From positions 10,046,001 to 10,110,000 of the forward strand of contig NW_024704743.1 of NCBI RefSeq assembly GCF_018977255.1: DNA of 64,000 nt, given 5' to 3'. Made by a program: the position numbers and the translations under genes. Positions 12,571 through 23,546 of the stretch are shown piece by piece (the first letter of the stretch is position 1; each line of letters opens with the position of its first letter). The stretch comes from Callorhinchus milii (lineage: Eukaryota). Under the pieces are notes generated by a model, which saw nothing but the letters and a program-made list of their open reading frames with translations, was not told where the DNA came from and did not search any database.

Positions 12571-13276
12571 TTAATCTCATCTGTCAATTCCTTTCATATT
12601 TTAAACATCTGAATCAAAAAGCCTCTTAATGTGCCCTATTCTAAGGAATATAACCCCAGTTTAAGCGCTCTGAGGCACTCCGAGGTGCTCCAAGGCGTGA
12701 AGGGCTCCATATAAATGTAAGTTGTTGTTGTAGTTTACTAGCCTCTCATCATAGATTGGCTCTTCAGCCCAGTTATTATTTCAGTGAACCATCATTGAAC
12801 ACGCTTCAAGATGAGTATATCCTTCCTACGATTGGGTGCCCAAAACTGAACATGGCACTCAGAAGTCTGACCAGCACTCTATATAACTAACAACAACAAA
12901 TTGCATTTATACAGCACCTTTGACATCGGGAGAATGTTCCAAGGTACTGGATAGTCGAGAGTTTGCACCCAAGCTGGGGGCTTGATTCAAGGGTTGCGCG
13001 GGGATAACAGGGTGTGGGTGGGAAGATGACCATAGGCATGGTCAAAGATGAAGGATTTGATACAGATCTTGAAGAAGGCAAGAGAAGGGGCAAGGCGGAG
13101 GGTTACAGTTCCAGAGGATTAGGGCAGAAAGGCTGAAGGTCCCACCGCCACGTGAAGCCTGTTGAGAGTAGGGAGCAAGTAGGGTGTAAATTTTAAGTAG
13201 TCACAGAGGTTGGGTGGGGCTAGACTTTGGATACTTTAAAAGTGAAGATGAGGATTTTGAACTCAATCCTATAAGG

Positions 13277-14326
13277 CAGCGTGGTCCGACAGATGTAGGG
13301 GGAGACTTCAGGAGAGGGGGAGAGGGGGGGTACAGAAGAGGAGAGAAAGAGGGGAGAGAGGTCGAAGAGGGGGAAAGAGAAGGGGAGATGTGGAGAGAAA
13401 GAGGGGGGAGTGGGACAGAGAGAGGGAGGGGTGAAGGACACTCTCTCCCCTCTCTCTCAGGCACTCTCTCTCTCTCCTTCTGTCACACACACTCTCTCAA
13501 TTACTCTCTCTCACTCTCCTTCTCACACCCTCTTACACTCACTCATGCCACTCACACTCCACCTCCACCCTCTCAATCGCTCTCTCCCCCCTCTCCTTCT
13601 CTCTTCCCCCACCTCCCCCCACTTCTCTCTCTCACACACTCCCTCTCAATCAACCTCTCTCAATCGCCCCCCTCTCTTTTTCTTTCTCTCCCCCTCTCCC
13701 TCACATTCACTCCCTCCCACCTCACGCTCTCTCTGTCTCTCACTCTCTCACACATTCTCTTAATCTCTCTCTGCTCTCCCTCTCTCAATTACTCTGTCAG
13801 TCTCTCTCACCCCCCCCCCCCCCCCCCCTTCTTACCTCTCTCACACATACACTCTTTCCTCTCTCTCCTCCTGTCTTTCCCCCCTCCCTCTCTCTCCCCT
13901 TTTTCTCTCTCTCTCCCCTTTCTTCCCCTCATCTCTCTCCCCCCTCCCTCTCCCCCACTCTCTCTCCCCCTCCCCCCTCTCTCTAATCATTCTCTCTCCC
14001 CCTCCCTCTCTCCCCCTCCTCTCTCTCTCCTCCCCTTTCGTTTTCCCAATCTCTCTCCCAAGTGCGGGTTATTATCTGCAGGGTCAGAAGCCATCGGTTG
14101 GTTGCTGAGGAAGTGGTTGGTAAGAGACGTGCTCACCTTCCTGACAGACTGCAGTAAAGGCTCTGCGCACTGCGTCCTCCCAACCGCCAGCTCCTGCTGC
14201 TGCCCTTCACCGGGGAGGGAGGGAGCAGGTTGGAATATTGGAAATGTTCTCGGGGCAGATGCGGCCCGCAGTCCTCTCTCAAATAGGGCATACGGCCTGC
14301 GGCAGCTAAACAGTTGGGCCACCCCG
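13277..14326. mobile_element. Non-autonomous hAT-like DNA transposon with low-complexity interior
   Basis: 8-bp TSD CTATAAGG (13269-13276) / CTATAAGT (14327-14334). Imperfect TIRs CAGCGTGGTCCGAC vs reverse-complement CGGGGTGGCCCAAC (10/14). Removing it rejoins the host L2. Confidence 0.75.
13300..14060. repeat. GA-rich then CT-rich low-complexity tract
   Basis: Polypurine at about 13300-13438 followed by about 620 bp of polypyrimidine. Confidence 0.95.
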
Positions 14327-14464
14327 CTATAAGTGATGGAGGGCCGGTGAAGCCAGGTGAGCATGGGAGTGATAGGTTCACGGAACCCAGTACGGGAGAG
14401 AAATACACTAAAACAATCACTAAAATGTTTATATTTTACAAATCGGTACTGAAGGAAATCCACC

Positions 14465-14742
14465 ATTCAGCAGGCTGCGGCCTGCTCCATGTGCCCCGCC
14501 TGGCCTGCCCCACCATCGGCGGTTGGGCCTTCAGCCTCTCTGCCCCCACCCTTTGGAACTCCATCCCATCGTCCCTTTGCCTCGCTCCCTCCGTTGCATC
14601 CTTCAAGGCACATCTCAAGATCCTCCTTTTCGACTGCACATTGGCCACCCTCCTACCCCTACCCTCCACACACCCAGTTCCCAAATACCTACACAGGTCC
14701 CAACCACCTGCTCAGGTCCAAATCCCTGACTGTCCAGTGTCT
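14465..14742 (+). mobile_element. L2 3' fragment
   Basis: GLLHVPRLACPTIGGWAFSLSAPTLWNSIP. Confidence 0.85.
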
Positions 14743-14745
14743 TAT

Positions 14746-15104
14746 ATAATATAATCCTTGCATTTGATGTAGTGCTTTTCACGTCTTCGAGATGTCTCAA
14801 AGCGCTTCACAGAATATATTGGAAAGTGAATTGACTGTATATTGTGGGTGAAACCATGGCAGCCACAGGAGTGTCCCACAAGCATTCATAGATTGAGTGA
14901 CCAAATTATTATTATATTTTATTAAGTTTTTAAAGGGAATATTAGCCCCAGAAAGCAATCAACCAATTGACTAACAACCGGGTTCCTACATACTGTTAGG
15001 TAAACAGAGGTGGTTGAAGTAAAGAAACTTGCCTGAAGTTTTGCTCTACCCTGGAATGAATTTGGGACCTCTCGCTTGCTCTAACCAATACACTACAGGA
15101 CTAC
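14746..15104 (-). mobile_element. tRNA-derived SINE, long form, directly downstream of tRNA-Cys
   Basis: Head, internal block, core and tail are recognisable on the minus strand. Confidence 0.88.
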
Positions 15105-15119
15105 AATATAAACAATTCC

Positions 15120-15190
15120 AGGGGCACCTGGATTTGAACTGGGGACCTCTTGATCTGCAGTCAAATGCTCTACCATTGAGCTATACCCCC
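15120..15190 (-). tRNA. tRNA-Cys(GCA), degenerate / likely pseudogene
   Basis: Reverse complement GGGGGTATAGCTCAATGGTAGAGCATTTGACTGCAGATCAAGAGGTCCCCAGTTCAAATCCAGGTGCCCCT. One C is missing in the 3' acceptor strand and the T stem has two mismatches. Confidence 0.9.
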
Positions 15191-15900
15191 AACACAAGTA
15201 TTTCAGATCTTCCAATTTTATATTCCAAATATTACATTAAATAAGAAGGAAACATTATAAATGGCTACGCATTATTAGGCAGGATTTGTTTTGGAACCAC
15301 TTGTTTTAAAAAAAAAGTCTCATGAGCCCTAAATGCAGCTCAAATAGTAACCGAAGCTTAGGCTACTCTAGTGGGGAGTTGAGGACAGACAGATCAATTA
15401 AAGCGTGAGGCTGACAGCGCTTCAATCAATATGCGAGGTTCAGTTCCCTACAGTACTCATGAAAGGCAGGAGCACTATTTGAGAATAACTTTTATGAATA
15501 ATTAATTATTTTGACTCAAACCACGTGATTCAGTTCAAGTGTGCTATGGCGGCTACAGATGCTCACTGTGTAGTATGTGAGGCAGCCTGTCCAGTGACAG
15601 CAGACACTAGTCTGGGGAGCTGTCATCAATCCTATCAGAACACTGCATGTCAAGTAAGGACTGAACCATGGTTTTCCAAAATACTGGTGCGTTGGTGCGT
15701 TGTAACGTCCCACTGAGGACGGTCACATGATTACATTTGAAGACTCTTTGACCATGGTCATTTCCCCTCTCTTTTAGGGCTTATGAGACTCTTTTTTTAA
15801 AACAAATTCTGCCTAATAATGCATCGCCATTTATAATGTTTCCTTCTTATTTAATGTAATATTTGGAATATAACATTGGAAGATCTGAAACACTTGTATT

Positions 15901-15972
15901 GGGGATATAACTCAATGGTAGAGCATTTGACTGCAGATCAAGAGGTCCCCAGTTCAAATCCGGGTGCCCCCT
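15901..15972 (+). tRNA. tRNA-Cys(GCA), degenerate / likely pseudogene
   Basis: GGGGATATAACTCAATGGTAGAGCATTTGACTGCAGATCAAGAGGTCCCCAGTTCAAATCCGGGTGCCCCCT matches the vertebrate tRNA-Cys pattern. It has A-C mismatches in the acceptor, D and T stems; the B box GTTCAAATC is intact. Confidence 0.9.
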
Positions 15973-15986
15973 GGAATTGATTATAT

Positions 15987-16351
15987 TGGAGTCCTACAGT
16001 ATATTGGTTAAAGGACTCACCTCGCAGGCGAGAGGACCCGGGTTTGATTCCTGGGCAAGTTTTTTTGCTCCACCCGCCTCTGTTTATGTAGTATGTAGGA
16101 ACCCGGTTGTTAGTTGATTGGCGGGTTACTTTCTGGGGGTAATAACCTCTTTAAAAAATTTAATAAAAAATAATAATAATTTAGTCACTCAATCTATGAC
16201 TGTTTGTGGGACACTGCTGTGTGCAATTGGCAGTCCCGGTTTTGTGCACAAAATATTCAGTCAATTCACTTTACCGTATATTCTGCGAAGTGTTTTGAAA
16301 CACCTCAGTGATATAAGACGCTATATTAAATGCAAGGATTATTATTATTAT
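15987..16351 (+). mobile_element. tRNA-derived SINE, long form, directly downstream of tRNA-Cys
   Basis: ggagtcctacagtatattggttaaagg...aaggattattattatta. Confidence 0.88.
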
Positions 16352-16864
16352 AGAATATGAATTTTTCTGAAAACAAATGCTTAACTAAGAACATAGGAGA
16401 TGTCCATTCAGCCCATCAAACTTGCTCCTCCATTAAACCCATGGTGTGTTAACCCATTTCTCTGTCTTTTCCCCATACCTCTTAATGTCCTCACTTACCA
16501 AGTATCCAGTTAGATTTACCTCTCTTTTGAATACTTCAATCACCTCTAACGGTGTAATGGCCACGAATCACGCTCACATTTTACATCAGAAACTCGGGCC
16601 AAAGCTCAGTGTGAGAGCCCATTACTTGTTAAGTTGGTTTCCAAAGCTGAGAAACATTTGGGTAATGGTGGTATGTGTTACATCCATAAAATTGACGCAC
16701 ATTGGGCAACATTTCCAAACCAGATACCGACTTCTGGCAACATTTTTGGGACTCAGGATATTAAAACCAAGAAATCCATTGATTTATTTAACAAAATGTT
16801 TTAGTATTTTTGGTTGGTGGTGAGATGGAAACTGATTTAGTTTATTTGTTTCTATCTGCCTACC

Positions 16865-17075
16865 TGTGTACTTGCATCATGTATGTATATGCATATGTAT
16901 ATTGGGGTATATGTGTACGTGTAAGCATATGTGTGTTTGTGCATATCTGTGTGTGTGTATCTGTGTGTGTGTATCTGAAGGTCTTGTGTGTAAATGTATG
17001 TATGTGTCTACCTGCCTGTATTTGTGCATATCTATATACTGTATGTGTACTTATAAGGTGTGTATTTGTATGGGG
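16865..17075. repeat. Degenerate (TG/TA)n microsatellite
   Basis: Alternating purine-pyrimidine tract. Confidence 0.9.
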
Positions 17076-17734
17076 GCAGGACAATGCTTCTGTGGTATGT
17101 ACTTACTTAGCTCCACTTCACCCATTAGAATAGATTTTTTTATAGACCTGAATTTTTTATCTTCTTGAATTAGACCTCACTCGCAACCTTCACACCGATT
17201 CAAACAGAAGCCTGGAATGTTCCTGAAACTCCTTTTTGGATTTATTCTAAAGTTAAAAATTGAGTTTTTAAGGGGTGGAGAAACTTCAGAGGAAAAATGA
17301 CAGTTCTGCAACCAGCCTTGCTGAAGGCACATTGTAAAGAACAGCACTGAACCTGAAAGGCTAACAAAGCCCGGTCCCATAGGTGAAAAAAATCCTCTTT
17401 CTTTCCCAGGCGTGTTGAGACAGCCCTAAGCAGATGCATGGTAGAGTGGCAGTGCAAATAACCTCTACCCTTTCACCACAAGCAAATGATAACAAGGTTC
17501 AGCTTTTACCAGAAGATCATCTGTCCCCATCAGATGATGGAGGACCCCAGAAACCACCCATCTGCCTGTCTTTTCATTTTAGCAAATGGTTCTTCTCAGA
17601 TAAGATCTCTGAAAGGATGTTGGTTCCCAATCTATTCTCATCTATTCTTCCAAAGTTGATGACCCCTTAAAACGTTGAATTAGTTAGTTTTTTCTCTCTC
17701 TAAGATTCACTAATATCATGCTGGCTGCAGTGCC

Positions 17735-18012
17735 TTTTCCCAGTCCCAGTGGTTCTTCCAAAACTAGGTAGTAAGTGTCTGCAGGGTATTTGACTATGGA
17801 GTCATCACAGCTGAACTCAATCTTGTTCTGACTAGAGGTCTATGCATATTCACTTTCCAAGAGAGGTCATTGGATAGTCATCAAGAATTCAATCCTGGCT
17901 TATTTTCCCCTCTACCTAGCCAGGGCCATTGGGACCAAATGGAGTGCCCATACGTCTACCATGGCTGAGGTCAGAAACCCATCAGCAATCGGATCAAGAA
18001 ACTGAGTCTTTC
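17735..18012 (-). mobile_element. LF-SINE-like relic
   Basis: Reverse complement shares the catttggtcccaatggccctggctagg..ggggaaaataagccagg..atccaatgacc..ggaaagtg blocks with 5300-5625. Confidence 0.6.
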
Positions 18013-18029
18013 ATAATGTCTTAGTTGTG

Positions 18030-18430
18030 TGTCAGCCTAGCTTTCCCAATCTCTCTCCCAGAAAGCTGTGGGTTCAAGCCCCACATTTGGACTTGAATAC
18101 ACAGAGTCTAGGCTGACACTTCAATGCATTGCTGGGGGTGTGCTGCATTGTTCAAAGTGCTGTCCTTTGGATGAAACGGGTCCCATATGCCTATTCAGAT
18201 GGATGTTAAAGATCCTATGGCGCTATTCAAAAAGAGAAGAAAGTTTCTCCCAGTGACCTAGCTGACAATTCCCCAAATAAAATTTGTAATTTGTTTCATG
18301 GCTTTTTGTGGGACATTGCTTTGACAATTGGGCTGCTGTGTTTGCCTACAAGTGCACCTCATAGTAATTCCTGTGAAATATCCTCCTGATATGAAAGGCG
18401 TTATACAAATTGCAATAGTTATTATTATTA
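18030..18430 (+). mobile_element. Older DeuSINE-like element (SacSINE1/AmnSINE-like). Further copies near 580-975(-), 2320-2480, 10040-10290, 32655-32880, 36020-36650(-), 57900-58310(-)
   Basis: gtgggttcaagcccc..tctaggctgacact..gtgctgcattg..tgctgtcctttggatgaaac..gtgggacattgct pattern recurs across the copies. Family name is from recalled consensus. Confidence 0.65.
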
Positions 18431-21400
18431 TTTATTGTATATTCTGTGACATTCTTTGAGACGTCTCAAAGACATCTCAAAATAATTATTATTACTATTA
18501 TTATTTGCACACCAGGCATTGTGGTTGCCATCTGAAACATTGAGAGGATTTCTTTAATGAAATCAGAGCAACTACTCAATCCTCATTGTCACTATAAAGT
18601 GGTTTGAGATGTTATCCTGTGTGAAAGGTGCTATATAAGTGCAAGTTGTGGTTTTGCAGGTTTCAGCCCAGCCTGGCATAGGTGGCATTCTCTCCTCCAG
18701 GTCAGATAGTGGTGGATTCAGGTTTTGAGATCACAGTCCAGATGACACTTCAGTCCCGAGTTGGGGAAACACTGCGTTGTTGGAAATGCTGTCTTGTGGA
18801 TGTAATGTTAAACTGAGATCCTGTTTGGATGGATATTAGTTCTAGCCAAGCTCCACTGGCTCCCCATCGCTGAATGGGTCGATTTCAAGATCCTCACATT
18901 CGTTTTTAAATTGCTTCATGCCCTGGCACCTCCCTACCTACCTACCAACCTGCTTATCCCTTATCCCTCACCTGCTGCTTCCGCTTGACAGGCTCCAGCC
19001 TTCTGCATGCCCCTCGTGCCCTCCGTTCCACCATTGGTGGCTGCACTTTCAGATACTACACCCCGAAACTCTGGAACACACTTCCTCTATCCCTTCGCCT
19101 TGATGGTTGTTTGTAGTACATTGTTGTGGCCAAATTGGCTGGGCATTCGCCAATAAATACATAATCACTATACCTCACAATAAAATATGTAAAATTATTT
19201 TGAGATATCTCGATGATGTAATAAGACTCTATATCAAATGAAAGGGTTATTATACAATATAACCCCGTGATAACCTTGTGCCCAGAAAGTGCTGACTGTG
19301 GCCAATTCCTAACTTTGTTATAACGCAGGATCTGAGTGTTTTGAGATGTCATCCTGACTTGAAATGTGCCATACCAAATGCAAGGAAAGCTTTGTGCAAT
19401 AGGGTTGCCCATATTATCAATAGATAATAACAATAATAATCCTTGCATTCGATATAGCGCTTTTCACGTCTTCTAGACATCTCAAAGCGCTTCACAGAAT
19501 AGATTGTAAAGTGAATTGACTGTTTATTTATGGGCGAAATATCCTGCCTCTAATAATTGATTGATTGATAATTGATGTAGTATTTAACATTCACTCCAGT
19601 ATGACTGTATTTATAATAAGCTTCAGTGTGTTTATTTCAGAACTGCTGAAAAATAACTTTTAAGAATAATTCAGCCCATTGGTAATAATGAATTTAAAGG
19701 CCTGTGAGGGGAATTGTTTTTCCACAATGGCAAATATTTTAACACTCGACTGCCTCATTGCCAAAACAATCATTGGCAGCAAAAAACCTGAACGTGTACA
19801 CAGCACCTAGCAAAACAACCCAAACTGTTGCCTAACGTGCAATAAAATATGTAGCAAGGAATGCAGCCTTTCTAACTGAAGAAATCATGCAGTGCTTACA
19901 CTTAGTATTGTCAAGCAGTAAGGTCTATTATTCAACTTTATAAATAATGATTTCTGGTTGAAATATTATCCCAGACTGCTGCATTCCTATACCAAATAGA
20001 CAAATGTTAACTTGGCCGCTTTGGCTTCCTGATTTGAACGTGGCAGAGACTTCAATTTTAAGATGAGAAGTGGTCAATAAAATCAATTATTAAAAGAACC
20101 AGTGTAAGTAATCACCACATGGGATCTAATTTGCGATATTTCCTAATGGGATTCCTTAACAAGGAATTCTATTAGAAATACCATAAATTCAACCTCTTTT
20201 GAGTTTGCAGGTCTGGAGATCGGATGACTGAATGACTTTTTGTTATTTCAGTTATGGCACATAGCTTTTGTCTGTCGAATGCAGCTGAGTAACAATTTAA
20301 CATTTAGAGGTCAGCGTTCATTAATTTCTAAAGACGTGGACTAAAGAATAACAAATTCTTAACTCATCCATTTACAACAGGCACAACAAATACAACAGGA
20401 CAAAAAAGTTAAAATGTTGTGGATAATATCCAAATTTCTTAATGGCAAGAAACAGAGCAAAAGAATAACTTTTAAAAAATTCACTCTTTATAATGCTTTT
20501 CTGTCTCTGCGCCTTGATCACTAAACAAAAATATAGTCACTACACGAAACAGTATATCCTGTCAAGCACTTTGAGACATCCTCCTAACATGATAAATGCT
20601 GCACAAAATGTAAAGATGATGATTATTATTAATAATAATAATCCTTGTCTTTGATATAGCACCTTATTATGCCTTTGAGATGTCTCAAAGCGCTTCTCAG
20701 TATATACTGTAAAGTGTATATTTGTATATTTTGTGGGCAAAACCAGGCAGCCAATTGCGCACAGCAGTATCCCACAAACAGTTGTGGGTTGAGTGACCTA
20801 ATTAATATTATTATTATTATCATCATCATCACTAGTGGTAGATCCCATAGTCTTCATTAGCTATCAATCTTGCTTGAATTCCAAAATCAATGGAACTTGT
20901 AGATAGTGAACTATTGACGTAGAACTTTGCCTACAAAGTGCACATTCACTCAACTTTCTAGTAGATCCTGTGAAGTGCTTTGAGACATCCTCCTGCCGTG
21001 AAAGGTGCTATACCAAATGTAATGATTTTTAAAGATTAGAATTATTATTAGAATTACAGACTATAACAGCACAGAAACAGACCATCCAGCCCCACTATCC
21101 AAACCAGAGTTTGTACTCCAGCATTCACCTTCTCCCTCAGGTTGTTTGCTTATTATTTATTAACAAAGCATCAAGTTGGATAGTTCAACAATCTTACATA
21201 AATCACACAACATTTGCTATGACATAAACTGTTTTTTTAAAAAATTCACAATGAGCTTTGTGTATTCAAATTAGAATGATGGATGCCCACTGAACTGCAG
21301 ATATTGGGACAATTTTTTTATCAGTTTTGTGATAATTGCCACTGGTGATAATCATCACTTCACATACCACACTTTCTCCAAATGCATTCACAATTATTGT

Positions 21401-22295
21401 GTTTTGATATCAAAGCAATCTCCCCAGCCCCCAATCTGATAATTAACATATTATCTCTCACATTTAAGCTACTGCGTAAAAGCATTTGAAATTTTTACAC
21501 ATTTTGTTTAATGGACAGCAAATAATTTTCAGCAATAGTTGTAAACAACACTAACAGTGCTGGTTGCATTGTGGCATAGCTATTATCCTTTTAGGTGCCA
21601 AAATTTAAATGTTTTTTTTCTTAATTCTGTAATTTGCTTCAGTCAATGTTACAGTGGTGGCACTGTAAACAAAGAACACTCTGAAGTGTCTCAGTGGCTA
21701 GACGTATTCATACTGACTTAGTCCAGATTAGTTTTTCTAACAGTTCTTGTATCTTGCGGTCCCTGTCATGAAGATCAGATCACACAGTCACTCTACAGTA
21801 CATCCTGTGAAGCGAATTGTGATGTCCGCCTGCCATGCAAAGCGCTGTATCAAATCTAAGGATTATTATTATAACTACACCACATTGTAATTATAACGCA
21901 GGTGATTTTCCACATCTCACCTGTTACTTGGATCAAGCTGGGGGGATGGGGGTGGGGGGTGGGGGGTGGATCTGAGTGTTTGGCCAGCTCCCCCCTCTCC
22001 CCTGCCCCTGGGTCTCCTCCCCTCAACTGAAGGGCTTGAAGATGTCCTCCTTGACTGAAAGGCGTTGGATATATGATGAATGCAAGTATTGGTGGAGGGA
22101 GGGAAACACGGTCTTCTTGGAGCTGAGCTGGCTCCAAAGTGACATGCTTGCAAAGGAATGTTGGAATTGAGTCAACCGTCTGTCTTGGTAATCGGTTCCT
22201 GAGCCAGGAGGGTCTGCAGTACTCTAGGACACTGCTGACGACAGCACACCTAGCTGGCTCATTGGCAGGACTTATAGCGGCAGCAATTCTTCCCA

Positions 22296-23546
22296 CTCAA
22301 CGTCTTCACTTTGTCTCGACGAATGGCTTCTCCTCCACCCCCGTACTGTCTCATGTGGTGTCCCTCAGGGCTCTGTCCTCGGTCCCCTCCTCTTCACCCT
22401 CTATATGCTCCCCCTCGGTGACATCATCCGCAGACATGGAGTTAACTTCCACATGTATGCGGATGACACCCAACTCTACCTTTCCTCCTCTACTCTCAAC
22501 TCCACGACCACCGATGTCCTGACAGCTGCCCGTCTGACATCGAGTCCTGGACGAGAGACAACTTTCTTCAGCTCAACGTGCGAAAAACCGAGGCCCTCCT
22601 GATTGGCTCATGTCAGCGCCTCTGCACCTCAGGCGCCGACACCATCAGCATCCAAGGCTGCACTCTCCACCTCTCAATGCCAGTCAGGAACCTCGGCATT
22701 TTGTTCGACCCTGAGCTGTCCTTTCTCCCTCACATCCGCACCACAACTGGCACCGCCTTCCATCACCTCCAGAACATCGCCAGACTACGGCATTACCTCA
22801 CCCCTCACGCTGCTGAAACCCTGGTCCACGCCTTTATCACCTCAAGGCTGGACTATGGGAACTCTCTCCTCGCCGGCCTTCCCGGCACCTCCCTCCACAA
22901 GCTGCAGGTCATTCAGAACTCTGCAGCTCGTGTACTGTCCCGCACCAGGCTTCGGGACCACATCACTCCCACCCTCGCTCGCCTCCACTGGCTCCCCATC
23001 CCCAAGAGGATTGATTTCAAGATCCTCATCCTCACCTACAAGGCCATTCACGGCCTTGCTCCCTCCTACCTCTCCAACCTACTATCCCCCTACCTACCTG
23101 CCCGTACCCTCCGTTCCTCTGGCTCCGGTCTGCTCCACGTCCCCCGCCCCAATCGCCCTACCATCGGTGGTCGGGCTTTCAGCCTCTCAGCCGCTAGGCT
23201 CTGGAACTCTATCCCCCAGTGCCTTCGCCTTGCTTCCTCCCTTTCTTCCTTCAAGGCCGGTCTCAATACCTTTCTCTTTGACCGAGCCTTCAGCTCCCCT
23301 CTCGACTCTCTTCCCCCTCCTCGCTCCCTCCCTTCCCTCCCCTCACCCTGACCATTTCCCCCCTCCTCGCTCCCTCCCTTCCCTCCCCTCACCCTGACCA
23401 TTTCCCCCCTCCTCGCTCCCTCCCTTCCCTCCCCTCACCCTGACCATTTCCCCCTGCTCGGGTCATGACCCAACTGTGCAGCGCCTTGGGACGTCCTCCT
23501 GACGTGAAAGGCGCTTTATAAATGGAATCTTGTTGTTGTTGTTGTT
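22296..23546 (+). mobile_element. Young 5'-truncated L2 LINE, same family as 43243-44904
   Basis: Near-identical to about 43695-44904. YADD present, with small frameshifting deletions. Three copies of the 46-bp 3' repeat and a (TTG)n tail. Confidence 0.97.

Larger units (their letters stand above)
12887..14400 (-). mobile_element. Old L2 3' fragment split by the 13277-14326 insertion
   Basis: Tail at about 12887-12950. ...gaggattttgaactcaatcctataag continues after the insert as gtgatggagggccggtgaagccagg (reverse of the HITP..LHWLP region). Confidence 0.8.

Noticed and set aside
13214..14332. 372-aa ORF
   Set aside because: Reads through an antisense L2 fragment and GA/CT low-complexity DNA inside a transposon; compositionally spurious.
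15525..15716. Cys-rich ORF with a donor-like site in the spacer between the tRNA-Cys copies
   Set aside because: Short, no convincing acceptor and no recognisable domain.
21856..22296. 146-aa minus ORF that stays in frame across the excised L2
   Set aside because: Its 5' part belongs to the dispersed unclassified repeat, the frame is not evident in the other copies, and no protein similarity is recognisable.
22603..23397. Pro/Ser-rich 264-aa ORFs (also 44005-44799)
   Set aside because: Shadow frames of the C-rich L2 ORF2.
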